Assembly: GCA_051362555.1 (NCBI GenBank)
Contig: CM120640.1
Coordinates: 18,848,001-18,912,000, forward strand
Source: Lingula anatina
Taxonomy: Eukaryota; Animalia; Brachiopoda
Length of the DNA: 64,000 nucleotides
Direction: 5' to 3'
The notes below the pieces were generated by a model. The model saw nothing but the letters and a program-made list of their open reading frames with translations, had not been told where the DNA came from and made no database searches. Position numbers and translations under genes: made by a program. Below, in pieces: positions 14,201 through 26,496 of the stretch; the stretch's first letter is position 1; each line of letters starts with the position of its first letter.

Positions 14201-14613
14201 TGGTGTCTTTCCATGTTAAAAATGCAACTTGTCAGTTTATCAAAACTAACAGTCTTCATCATATGAAGTGTCAATAACTATTTACCCCTTCTTCCAAAGG
14301 ACCTCCCAGAGCTCATAAACCGAATACGGATGTCGGATCTGCCCGGTGCCCCAATCTGCAGTTCTCTGAATGTAAGTGGAGTCACGTCACTCCAGTGTTT
14401 GAAGGCCTTCCTAAAAGCGTCTCTGTCAAAGAAATGGAAAAGAAAAAACTGTAAAATAATAATTTATCAGAGATCGAAATATTCAAAACCAACTTGACGA
14501 GATTCATGAAATAATGCGGTGAAAAGAAAATTAATATGTATGAGCGATAGCTGTTCACAGATAAAATTTTGTTCATCGAATTTGTCTCTTTAATTCATTT
14601 CATTGATGGAAAA

Positions 14614-14656
<43 letters not shown>

Positions 14657-15688
14657 TAGCGCTTTTTTCAGGGTTTGTAAGATTTAATACAAAGACAACT
14701 ATCTTATCCAATCATACTAGGCATTTTAAGCAAATCAGCAACTGAAAAATAATAGTGACGATAGAATTACACGTACCTTTGGATGTTAGGAGCTATATCA
14801 GGTGTAAAGTTTTCCAGTCTCCAAGTAAGGTCTCGTTTCCTCCATCCGCCGTTTCTGGTTTGTCTTTTAGTTATCCTAACACCATACTGTGACGCCCCCA
14901 TCTCGCTGTCAGGCCCCATATCAGCCATTCCACACCGAGGCATCTTCATCATGAGGCGTGTGCGAAAGTCCATGCGGCCGGTCACACGGATGTGAGCCAT
15001 TCGTTGGAAGTTCCTTAATTTTCAAATTCTTGTGTTCAGAATTACGTTTTATATGACGACGTAAATTGAAAGACACCCTCGCAACTTAAGTTTTGAGCAT
15101 CGTAACGATCTTCAGGTTTTAGATATAACGTTTTGATATATGAATTAAATCCCAGTATCTAACTGGATGTATATTTTTATGGAGGTCAAAATTTGAGCAT
15201 AAAATACGACATTGATCAATTTGCATTTACATTTTTGAAATATAATTATTGAAACCCGGTATTATGTAATTTACTTACTCGATTGCTGTCCGCATTTTTT
15301 CAGTGCTCATTTCTCCTTCTCCTGACATATACCCAAACTGATCGAGATATGACTTTAAAAAGAAAAAAAGTATACAATTAAAGACTTACGGCAATACGCA
15401 ACTGCTTTTTTCAAACAAGCTGGTAAAATTTAATAAAAATAAGGCCAAAACATCCGTGATTTAAATCACTTTTATAATCTAAGTAGCATCTGAAATGAAA
15501 TGTTGTTTTTTATTTCAAAGTCAGTTGCCATTCTATGGAAGGTCCGGACTTACCATGTCATCATCATTCATATTCACTTGTCGCATCATATTTCGAGTAC
15601 GAATCTTATCCAGTAAGCTCTGTCCCTGTATTGTTACAAATAGAACAGTGAAGGTAAAGCAGGACAACGTTAGAGCAAACCCCTTCAT
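11218..15688 (-). CDS. Matrix metalloproteinase MMP-A copy 1 (atypical matrixin, M10A), 10 exons, 506 aa
   Basis: Exons 15688-15554, 15352-15279, 15013-14777, 14422-14286, 14092-13841, 13489-13346, 12856-12683, 12482-12358, 11675-11515 and 11299-11218 are in frame (1521 nt). It has signal peptide MKGFALTLSCFTFTVLFVTIQG, YLDQFGY, cysteine switch PRCGMAD, HEIGHLLGLPHS, a Pro/Thr/Arg hinge and hemopexin repeats ending WFGC*. Confidence 0.93.
12537..12620. repeat. Compound (CT)n(CA)n(CGCA)n microsatellite in an MMP-A intron; length differs between units
   Basis: Seen directly. Equivalents lie at about 22925, 30975 and 38995. Confidence 0.85.
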
Positions 15689-15744
15689 TTTTCTCCTTGC
15701 TTCGAACGTACAATCAAGACTGCTCAACTGTCTCTGTTTTGGTC

Positions 15745-15798
15745 CTTTTATATGAACCAGGGGCCTGAAAATAACGCCAACTTTTGTTATCTGAGTCA
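15745..15798 (-). promoter_or_regulatory. MMP-A proximal promoter: TATA box and AP-1 site
   Basis: TATAAAAG (minus strand, 15745-15752) lies about 60 bp upstream of the ATG, with TGAGTCA (15792-15798) about 40 bp further upstream. A CRE-like TGACGCA is at about 15860. Confidence 0.6.
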
Positions 15799-17234
15799 AC
15801 AGTACGATGATTTTAACCAATGAAAAAAGCCGCGTTATGGACGTCTGTGGGGGTCAGGATGACGCATGTTTTAGCGTTACGTTCTACCTGGTTAAAAATA
15901 AAGTTTTTCAGCTGAAGCATGTTATTGAAAATCAAATATTTGTGTCTTTTACGTCGACTTGGCTCAGCATGCCGGATACTTCAAATTCTAGAATACCTAT
16001 GTTTTTATAAAGAATAGTATGTAGTAATTATTCTAATTTTAGTCGGTTGTGGTTTGCAACACAACACTTTTGCTGTCCATAAAAGAAAACGTGTCTGAAT
16101 TGAGGAAATATGACAATCGGCAAACACACCCTTTGGAAGTCCTCTGTCAAGTAAGTTGTTATTGCCAATATACCCACAGGCATGCATTCAGGCGTACATG
16201 TGCACCTACACTGGATACCACTTTACTGCACATGCTTGGAGTTCTTACAATTTCTTATTGATTGAAGGACTTCATCGCTGCAAGTCAATTTTCTACCCCA
16301 GTTAATTGAGCAAGATAAAGAATATAGTGTATACTTCATTTCAACTAATTTTGTTGACTACTTTTATAAAAAATAAACCTTTAATATAAAATTATGTAAA
16401 ATTCATTTTCATTTCAGCACTGAAGCCACTTGCAGCAGAATTTCAGCCAGGTTCTCCAATCAGTGATGATGGTCAGTCAAGTACTCCTTCCTTTGCACAG
16501 GTACATTTTCACTCTGATAACTACCTTAGTGTGGTGCATATTCAGTTAATTGTTCAATAGTTACACAAAGTAGGATTCAAAATGCATTCAAAGATTAGAT
16601 TGCTGCCTGTTGAACATGTCTAAGGACAGTTTAAACTATTAAAACAGAAAATGACAGGTAAATGGCCTACATCAGTATCACAAAAGTAATGATATTAACG
16701 CCCCCTGTCCAACCCCAGCAGTCAGCCTTTGTGACACAGCTTGAAAAGAACGCAATTTTTGGAAGTCGAGTCGATGGAAATGAATGGCAAAAATGAAAAG
16801 CCTTAATGTGGGATTTGTTCTTTGGCTTTTTCCAAAACTGTTACAGAGTTATGGTGAGTGTCAGGAAAGGAAGATTAAAGGTTGGTAAATCCAGGGAAAA
16901 TGCTGTTTACACTGGAATAAATCATTAAATGTGAATTTGGCACCAAAATCCACTTTTATGTACCTTTTATTTACTTTTTTTTATTAAAGTAAACTTGAAA
17001 GAATGCATGGAAAGAATATCATTAAAACATCTGATGCAAAAAATAAAAAAAAATAGGAATGTTGATAGAATGGTTGCTAATATAATGGGCTGAAGATAAA
17101 TACCATCCGTCCTTTTTGGTGTTAATATTTACTGGTGTGGTAGTTATTCCCATTTCTTTTCTTCCTGTATTTAACCCTCATCCACAAGGAAATGGAACCC
17201 TACGTAAACCCTGAAACCGGGCCTCAGAGGCCCG

Positions 17235-18938
17235 GTGTACCATGAAAATCTGACTCCCATCAAAAAACATTCAAAAATCTAATTTAATTTGAGTAAATGA
17301 CTATGATCTTGTAGTATGCATAATGGAGGACACATTGGCACTTTTTGTTAGTTTGCAGGTGAAAATTTTCATGAAAAAATAAAAAAAAATTAAAGATTTA
17401 TATTTTACCACCCAAGGACTCCCCTATGAAAAAGCTATTTATTTGACATTTGATGACCATTTCAACATCTTTTCTTTGAGGATACTTTATGAGGAATATA
17501 TTGAAAGTACTTGAAAGTTTAATGGTTAAAAAATTGGGTGAAAAAAAAAATAATAAAAAAAAACACATTAAAAAATAAGAAAAATTAAAGATTTATATTC
17601 GAACACCCAATGACCCCCCTATGAAAAAGCTATTTATTTGATGAACATTCTGACATCTTTTCTTTGAGGATACTTTATGAGGAATATATTGAAAGTACTT
17701 GAAAGTTTGATGGTTAAAAAATTGGGTGAAAAAAATAATAAAAAACACATGAAAAATAAGAAAAATTAAAGATTTGTATTCTAACACCCAATGACTCCCC
17801 TATGAAAAGGCTATCTATTTGATATTTGATGATCATTCTGACATCTTTTCTTTAAGGATACTTAATGAAGAATATATTGGAAATATTTGAAAGTTTGAAT
17901 GGTAAAATACTGGGTATGCTATATCAGAAGAATTCAGTAAAAAGGCGATGGGGCCAATTTCTTGAGTTAAAAATGTAGCATTTTGACATGGAAGTGCAAA
18001 ACCTACAGCAGGGGCGGATTTAGACGGTCTTCTGGGTCTTCCGGAAGACGGTCAGATTTTCAAGTTTACATTGACGGGTATCTAATTATTTTCTGTTGGA
18101 AGACGGTCAAAAATGGTGGATGGATCAACAAACATAATTTGGAAGGCTGTCAGAAAATATCTCTGGATCCGCCCCTGTACAGGTAGTAAGAAGAATACTT
18201 GTTTTAAAAATATTCACCAAAATTTTCACCACCAAACTTTCAAATAATAACAAAATGTACATCTCTGTGCAAACTATGTAGAAAACAATGGTATGGTGAC
18301 TGAATATAAAATAGGTCCTTTTCTTTATGGGAATCCAAATCTCATGGGTATAAAAATGAAGATTTTCATGATTTATTTTTCATTCTTTCACTCACTATTT
18401 TATCACCAAACTTTTAAATATTTCCAATATATTTTTCATAAAGTATCCTAATAGAAAAGATGTCAGAATGATCATCAAATATCAAATAAATAGCTTTTTC
18501 ATAGGGGAGTTATTGGGTGATAAAATGCACATTTTAAATTTTCTATTTTTCATGTTTTTTTTTTTTTTTTAGTTTTTTCACCCAATAGTTTACCATCAAA
18601 CTTTCAAATATTTCCAATATAATCTTCATAAAGTAAATTTAAAGGAAAGATGTAGAAATGATCATCCAATATCAAATAAATAGCTTTTTCAAAGGGGACA
18701 CAATGGGCGGTTAAGTGCACATTTTTAATTTTCATATTTTTTTCATGAAAATATTCACCTGCAAACTTAAAAAAAAAGTGCCAAAGTATCCTCCATTGTA
18801 CATACTACAATATCACAGTCATATACTCAAATAAAATAAGATTTGTGAACATTTGTGGTGGGGGAGTCAAATTTTCATGGGGATTCAGATTTTCATTATG
18901 AAAATCTGACTGGGGGAGTCAGATTTTCATGTTACACC
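17235..18938. mobile_element. Foldback-like element with about 700-bp inverted arms of about 200-bp tandem subrepeats, inside the piggyBac-like element
   Basis: GGTGTACCATGAAAATCTGACTCCC... on the left mirrors ...GGGAGTCAGATTTTCATGTTACACC on the right. A repeated CCCCTATGAAAAAGCTATTTATTTGA module occurs three times on the left and inverted on the right. Confidence 0.65.
18009..18177. mobile_element. Small MITE (169 bp) at the centre of the foldback
   Basis: TIRs CAGGGGCGGATTTAGA / TCTGGATCCGCCCCTG, flanked by the direct repeat TACAG (18004-18008, 18178-18182). Confidence 0.75.
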
Positions 18939-21606
18939 AGTCCCTTGCTCCCTTTACCTCCACCTGGGTGCATGAGTATACACTGTGTATGGAAAATGCA
19001 GAAAAACATTTTTTTTTCTCAAAGTGAAAAGTTTCGCAAAGGTAGCGCTGTCTATCATGTATGTAATAATGATAGATTTAAACTGATATCTGCATATCAG
19101 GTGACCAAGGTGACCGATTACTCATAAATAATAATTTCTCCAGGTCTTGAATCTTTCACAGGCAGATTTCATTGACCATACTGATAGTCATAGCACACAT
19201 GATATTGCTTGTGTAAAACATTTTATAGCAAAGCTATTTGAGGTAACATGGACTTATTTATCCCATGTAGAAGTAAAATTATCAAGCGACCGGGCCTAAG
19301 AGGCCCGGTTTCCAGGAAATGGGACTAACTTTTGGAAAAGTTAATTTCTACATATGTTGTAAATTATTTCAAAACTAATTATTTATCCACTGATGGGGTA
19401 TAAGTTGCTTGAGGATTACATGAAAGGAACAGGCTCAAAACCTCATGCGAACGAAGAGAGAGCAAAAGATACATGGGTCCGGGCCTGCGAGGCCCCTGAA
19501 AGGTGATTGAGGGTTAATACCAATTTTAGATCGTACATCAAAATTTTTTAAGATTAAAAATTGTTCACATATAGAGTGGAAGGTTGAATGATAATGATGA
19601 TGATGATGATGAAGATGAAGATGATGATGCCCTATCTCAATTTCAGATGCTGAAGGCTGGCAAGGCCAAGCCCAATCCAGTAGCAGCCTGGCCAGTGCAG
19701 ACGTCCAGCACCCCCTCCAGACCCCCCGGCCACAGCCCTGGGTCAGATGAGAACAGTGACAGTGAGGACAGGGTGCCAGTGCCAGTGTTCCAGACGTCAT
19801 TTGGGGATGCCATTCAAGCTGCTCTGGATAAACTAGATAGCCCAGGCACTGTGGAAGTAGCTGTGAATAATGGTAAGTGCAATTCTGAGAAAAGTTCTCT
19901 TGGCTTGTTTTATAAGTATTGCTCTGTAGAAATGTAATGAAAATTAACCCCTGCCCTCCCAAGACCGCTTGTAGGCAGATTTAGTGATGAATGAAATTGA
20001 TTTATCCTTCTGTTTTTGGTAATGTTTGATCCCAGCAACATTTTGCATTTCTCAACCAGTTCAATAAAAAATGTACACTTTCCCCAATTTATGTGTATGT
20101 ATTTAACTGTTTGTTGTTCAGATCAAGTATTTCAAAAGTAGACTAGCTTATTAGATGTGATTTGTTATTATCTGAAGAATTTTATGGTGAGCATGTGATT
20201 TGTAAAATTTAACAATTTACCCATTTTTACAGGTATTCCAAAGGAAGCTCCAACTACTGGGAAAAAGAAGAAGAAAGGAAAAACTTTGCTCTTCTCCACT
20301 TCAATGGCACGGTCAAAGTAGATGGGACACAGGCTGAGAATTATACCATGTTTGATTGTAATTGAATTAACAGCACAGACAGCAATGCTGTAAATATATT
20401 TACCAAAATGCCAATTATCCAAGATAGCCCAAAGTCCTGGAAATTAGCATACAAGTAAGAGGAGGTTGGATCATTAGTAATGACAGACTAGTGAGGGCAG
20501 TGCAGCAACAAATAAAAGCTGACAAAATTTTATCTTCTGATATCTTTCTGGGTTCTTTCTTGTAAGTTCTGTGGAATTAAGTCTGTTGCACATAGTCACC
20601 ATGTTCTGTGTGATACTTTTTTTTTTATTGTTTTCTAAGACATTCAGTGTGCATAGAGGTTCACCCTTATTGCTGAGAGGTTGTTTTACCTCACCCCACA
20701 TTGATTCTTGCACATACTTTAGACTCGCATGACCTCACACAGTACTTACAGGCTCCTTTAAGGCTTTCTTGGAGGATTCCCATTGGAAAAACTAATAGCT
20801 TGGATTTGTATGCCCAAGTTCATCCTGCACAGTTTATGCAGCTGCTTCAATATGCATACGGGGATTGTAAGTTGATGCGTTGATAGACGTTAAAAACATT
20901 GTAGGCTTTTGTCATCTTGAAGTTACTTTTGTCTTTGAGTGTTGGCTTCACATGATGTTTACTTTTTGTCTTATGATGGTAAAATGTAATGTTATCAAGA
21001 AGAGGGGAGGGGTAGATTTTTACTCTCCCCCCCCCCCCTTTCCTGAACCAAGGCATGCTGAAGGTTTTAGCAGTATGACAGGAAAAAGACCATTACTGGT
21101 CACGTTTGTATATTTTAGTTGTGCAATTATTTTCCAGGACTCATGGGCATGTTTTTTTCCAGAATTGAAAATTGAATTTTTTGCTTGTGACATATCAAAT
21201 GGATACATAACCCACCCAAAAATGGTAGAAATAATTTTGAATATTAATGTTACGTGAAATGAGATGTTGCATGATTTCATTTTCCACAGTGATGAACGCA
21301 GGATCTATATATATATGTAAAAATAATAATTTATTATCCATTGTATTTCTTATCCATTGTATTTGCAATACAATTAATCATAGACGTTAAGAAACTGTTC
21401 CTCTAACCTGACATTATGTAGGTTCTTGAATTTGTGTACTGAGCTTGTTGAAAACAAAATTGTTGCTTTTTTCTTGTAGTCGGGCATGATTACATCATGA
21501 TAACAAAATGGGTGAGTTTTGTTTTAGGCTGTGGTACAGGGATTTATATCTGATCAATAAACTTTACACAGTTATAACTGCAGCGTTTTCAGTAACTCGT
21601 TCCTTC

Positions 21607-22964
21607 TCAACACCCGAACCATGTTGGTCCTGTGGCTCTTGGATAGCCTGGCAGTAAATTTCGTCTACGGTTGTCAAACTTGTAGAAACTGAAAGACGAG
21701 CGAATATAATGTTATAAAGATTGTGTTTGTGAGAAAATGACTGTGATTACTGCAGTAATACACTTTCTTTCTCGTTATGTAATACGTATTAAGGTGGCAA
21801 ATTAATCTGAAGGACTTTTTACAACTGAGCTTTCTTCCTACCTTGGAAGGGGGGGGGGCGTTAACCATTTATCCAATAATGGAAGATTATACAATAAACT
21901 ACTTACCTGTTTCCTTTAAAGAAATAAGAAAATCTGTTGGCGTCTGTCACAATGGTTGCGTCCAAATCACCCGGGATGTTCCTCCAGTACCTCGTAATCG
22001 GCGCGGGATATCCCCGAGCAATCCTCATGCTATCTCTCCCTTCTAGAAGCTGGTAGTACTGGTTCCCCTACAAACAATAAGAAATTTTTAAACATTAGAA
22101 AAGAGCGGGAGATTTTAGCTCAAAATGTGGAGAAGTATCTTTAAATTGGGCTTCTTGCTTCACAATGAGTACTATTAGGTAAATGAAAAAATTGGGTTAC
22201 TGAAGGATAACTGTTTTCTTTACCACCCCCACCCCCCCCTTCTGTATTTCATACGACACAGCTAGGAAAGTGCGCTTTGTTGGAATACTTCAATACCTCA
22301 AGTATATAAAATGAATTTTGGAGCGAAATGCCTGCTGTTATTGACAAATATCAAAATCGTACATGGAATGCAACCTGAGGTACATGTGCTGCCACGGCTT
22401 GTTCAAATCGACTTCGAACTGATGATGATCGGAACCAAGCCATAGTCCTATTTTGGCCACGAAAGATTTTATTCAAGCTAATGCACTGTATAAAGGAACA
22501 TATTTTTAATGAATCAGTTTTAATCATATATCCCCAGAAATCGCCGCTGAATAAATAAACGTTTTCATCATGCATGCGTATTTTGTATTACCCTCTTTGA
22601 AGTGGTTATCGGACGCATACTTTTTCAGATGCATTTCAAGTCACAGGTGAAGGAAAATGTTATTTCTAATTCTCGCCAAGAATTTCATTGGTTATCTGGT
22701 GTTTTTATTATGCTTGAATAATGACATACGCCAATCGTACTTACATTAAAAATGAACAAATTCCCGTTTCTCCAAGTCAAGGCTCCCTGTATGCTTGAGG
22801 GGAACCTCGGATCACTGATTGTTGTCCTAGAAATAAGTGTGTTGCCTCTGTACTTGAACAGTTTTTTACCTGGAATTAAAACCTTGAGTTTTAATTGTTT
22901 GTATCATTAGAACAGGGATCAGTTCTCTCTTTCTCTCTCTCTCACTCACACACTCACACACACA

Positions 22965-22996
<32 letters not shown>

Positions 22997-25000
22997 CACA
23001 CACATCATGGATATTTTTATTCGAGCCAATATTCCCTCTCATTCTAAGTAAGTATAAAAAAAGTGCACCTTTGAATAAATAACTGAAGCCAGTTCTATCG
23101 GAATGGGTGGCAGCATCAATATTACTTGGTGCGCTCGGGAAGTCGGCAGTGATCGCCCTCGGGTAGCCGCGTGCCACTGTTCCCTGTGCTGTTAAACGGT
23201 ACACCTGACTCCCACTAAATACGTAGTAGTTTGAATTTGATACTGAAAATACAAAATAAAATCTTTGAAAATTTTTCAGTTTAAAAGAGACTTTGTGATT
23301 CAAAACTTTAAAAAGATCTATGAAAAGATATTTGTGCTGCATTTATACCTAAAAGTACCTACTACATTATATTGAATATGCATATTTTTAGTCAGGTCGA
23401 TTAATGCATAATGTATACTATTGATTCTAAAACCTCACACTTAGAAACTGACATTGTGCACTACAAGGTCCTTTCTTAACTGACTGGTCTGAACAGAGAA
23501 ACTGTGCAGTATAATTCAAGTTAGACTGATAACCATGCAAAGCGTTTACGTGTTTGTTCAAGTGGGGCATATCTTCTCTTTAAATGCGAAAAACCTTAAA
23601 CTTGCTGAAAGCACCGCAGCAAGACTTGTACTTAAATAAATAAATAATAGCATGTCAAGAAATAGAAATGTCGAGCAAACTATGACGAAACAATAAAAAA
23701 AATGGAGTATTGGACTATATTATAGTTCTTACCTTCCATCATGCCGTCGATCCTGAAATTATTGGAGCACTGTGATCTGTTGCCGTTTCCTGTGGTTGGC
23801 CCTCTGGTGGGCCGTGGAGTGGGACGTGGGGTGGGCCTCACAGTAGGTTGGGGAGTAGGTGGCCGAGTATTACGCCCTAGAAATAAAAGATTTCTTATTT
23901 GACAATGGCTATTGATAAATAGTTATGCAGTCGTAAAGCGTTTAAGATTGTGGTCGATTTCCCACTTCTAAAAGACACAATATCTCACGAAATATGCATT
24001 AACAATATTTCTTAAGCAAATGCTACAATTGAATGATTTCCGTGTCTGTCATGCACTAGTATCTCAGAATAGCAAGTAGTTTGGCAAAAAACTTTTAGAC
24101 AAAGAATTTTATCCTGCTTAAATTCTTTTGAAACTGCCTGACAGTAATGTACAGCTTTAACCAAACAGGTTCAAAGACTTTAAGCCTGAAACTTGAATGT
24201 GACTTAAACAAGATCACACATGCATACCATATATGCGTTGGATTCTCTGAATGTCGTCCCTGCGCAGCGCAAAGTTGCGTTCGTAACCCCCGTAGAAGGG
24301 TGCAAGGACAGCTCCACGTACTCGGGAATGCGGCAGGCCGAGGAGATGGCCTATCTCGTGAGTGGCCACAATCTCCAAATCAAACCCGCCTCTCGGCTTG
24401 TTATTGGCCGTCCAGCGCTCGCTTTCATCAAAACGAGTGTTGCCATTCTCTGGGAACAATGCATATGCTAGAACACCTCCTAGAATAAAATAATCGGGGG
24501 TTGACTCGCAATAAAAAGGAATAACAACCGTTCATAGTACATATCAGATAATGAAAAACTGAATTATATTTACTCTTAACATTTAGATGGTGTCTTTCCA
24601 TGTTAAAAATGCAACTTGTCAGTTTATCAAAACTAACAGTCTTCATCATATGAAGTGTCAATAACTATTTACCCCTTCTTCCAAAGGACCTCCCAGAGCT
24701 CATAAACCGAATACGGATGTCGGATCTGCCCGGTGCCCCAATCTGCAGTTCTCTGAATGTAAGTGGAGTCACGTCACTCCAGTGTTTGAAGGCCTTCCTA
24801 AAAGCGTCTCTGTCAAAGAAATGGAAAAGAAAAAACTGTAAAATAATAATTTATCAGAGATCGAAAAATTCAAAACCAACTTGACGAGATTCATGAAATA
24901 ATGCGGTGAAAAGAAAATTAATATGTATGAGCGATAGCTGTTCACAGATAAAATTTTGTTCATCGAATTTGTCTCTTTAATTCATTTCATTGATGGAAAA

Positions 25001-25043
<43 letters not shown>

Positions 25044-26069
25044 TAGCGCTTTTTTCAGGGTTTGTAAGATTTAATACAAAGACAACTATCTTATCCAATC
25101 ATACTAGGCATTTTAAGCAAATCAGCAACTGAAAAATAATAGTGACGATAGAATTACACGTACCTTTGGATGTTAGGAGCCATATCAGGTGTAAAGTTTT
25201 CCAGTCTCCAAGTAAGGTCTCGTTTCCTCCATCCGCCGTTTCTGGTTTGTCTTTTAGTTATCCTAACACCATACTGTGACGCCCCCATCTCGCTGTCAGG
25301 CCCCATATCAGCCATTCCACACCGAGGCATCTTCATCATGAGGTGTGTGCGAAAGTCCATGCGGCCGGTCACACGGATGTGAGCCATTCGTTGGAAGTTC
25401 CTTAATTTTCAAATTCTTGTGTTCAGAATTACGTTTTATATGACGACGTAAATTGAAAGACACCCTCGCAACTTAAGTTTTGAGCATCGTAACGATCTTC
25501 AGGTTTTAGATATAACGTTTTGATATATGAATATGAGTATCTAACTGGATGTATATTTTTATGGAGGTCAAAATTTGAGCATAAAATACGACATTGATCA
25601 ATTTGCATTTACATTTTTGAAATATAATTATTGAAACCCGGTATTATGTAATTTACTTACTCGATTGCTGTCCGCATTTTTTCAGTGCTCATTTCTCCTT
25701 CTCCTGACATATACCCAAACTGATCGAGATATGACTTTAAAAAGAAAAAAGTATACAATTAAAGACTTACGGCAATACGCAACTGCTTTTTTCAAACAAG
25801 CTGGTAAAATTTAATATAAATAAGGCCAAAACATCCGTGATTTAAATCACTTTTATAATCTAAGTAGCATCTGAAATGAAATGTTGTTTTTTATTTCAAA
25901 GTCAGTTGCCATTCTATGGAAGGTCCGGACTTACCATGTCATCATCATTCATATTCACTTGTCGCATCATATTTCGAGTACGAATCTTATCCAGTAAGCT
26001 CTGTCCCTGTATTGTTACAAATAGAACAGTGAAGGTAAAGCAGGACAACGTTAGAGCAAACCCCTTCAT
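21607..26069 (-). CDS. MMP-A copy 2
   Basis: Same exon structure as copy 1, with no disruption seen. Variants: propeptide R>H (RTHLMM), PDMAPN, LAYALFPE, GGFDLE and C-terminal GPTWFGC. Confidence 0.9.
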
Positions 26070-26496
26070 TTTTCTCCTTGCTTCGAACGTGCAATCAAGA
26101 CTGCTCAACTGTCTCTGTTATGGTCCTTTTATATGAACCAGGGGCCTGAAAATAACGCCAACTTTTGTTATCTGAGTCAACAGTACGATGATTTTAACCA
26201 ATGAAAAAGCCGCGTTATGGACGTCTGTGGGAGTCAGGATGACGCATGTTTTAGCGTTACGTTCTACCTGGTTAAAAATAAAGTTTTTCAGCTGAAGCAT
26301 GTTATTGAAAATCAAATATTTGTGTCTTTTACGGCGACTTGGCTCAGCATGCCGGATACTTCAAATTCTAGAATACCTATGTTTTTATAAAGAATAGTAT
26401 GTAGTAATTATTCTAATTTTAGTCGGTTGTGGTTTGCAACACAACACTTTTGCTGTCCATAAAAGAAAACGTGTCTGAATTGAGGAAATATGACAA

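Larger units (their letters stand above)
17175..19513. mobile_element. Non-autonomous piggyBac-like element (2339 bp)
   Basis: TTAA is duplicated at 17171-17174 and 19514-19517, whereas units 1, 3 and 4 have a single TTAA (ctgtatTTAAtacc). The termini are CCCTCATCCAC...GTGATTGAGGG. There are subterminal palindromic CCGGGCCT-N3-AGGCCCGG motifs and no transposase ORF. Confidence 0.88.
16117..20321 (+). pseudogene. RNF10: Promoterless RNF10 3' fragment, unit 2 (tail of exon 13 plus exons 14-16)
   Basis: Copy of 8076-9942 with no 5' exons. Intron 14 is interrupted by the piggyBac-like element. Confidence 0.85.

Noticed and set aside
15689-15820. Longer N-terminal extensions of MMP-A suggested by the ORF track
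   Set aside because: They begin at non-ATG codons, run through the TATA/AP-1 region and are broken by a stop in copy 2. The ATG at 15688 directly precedes a signal peptide.
16105-16500. Chimeric new gene from the junction ATG (ATGACAATC...) spliced to RNF10 exons 14-16
   Set aside because: That ATG is not in the RNF10 frame, and the RNF10 frame has a TGA immediately before the junction. There is no evidence for an in-frame fusion.
17390-17900. CRISPR-like or satellite array
   Set aside because: These are degenerate 200-bp subrepeats within transposon arms, with no unique spacers, in a eukaryotic context.
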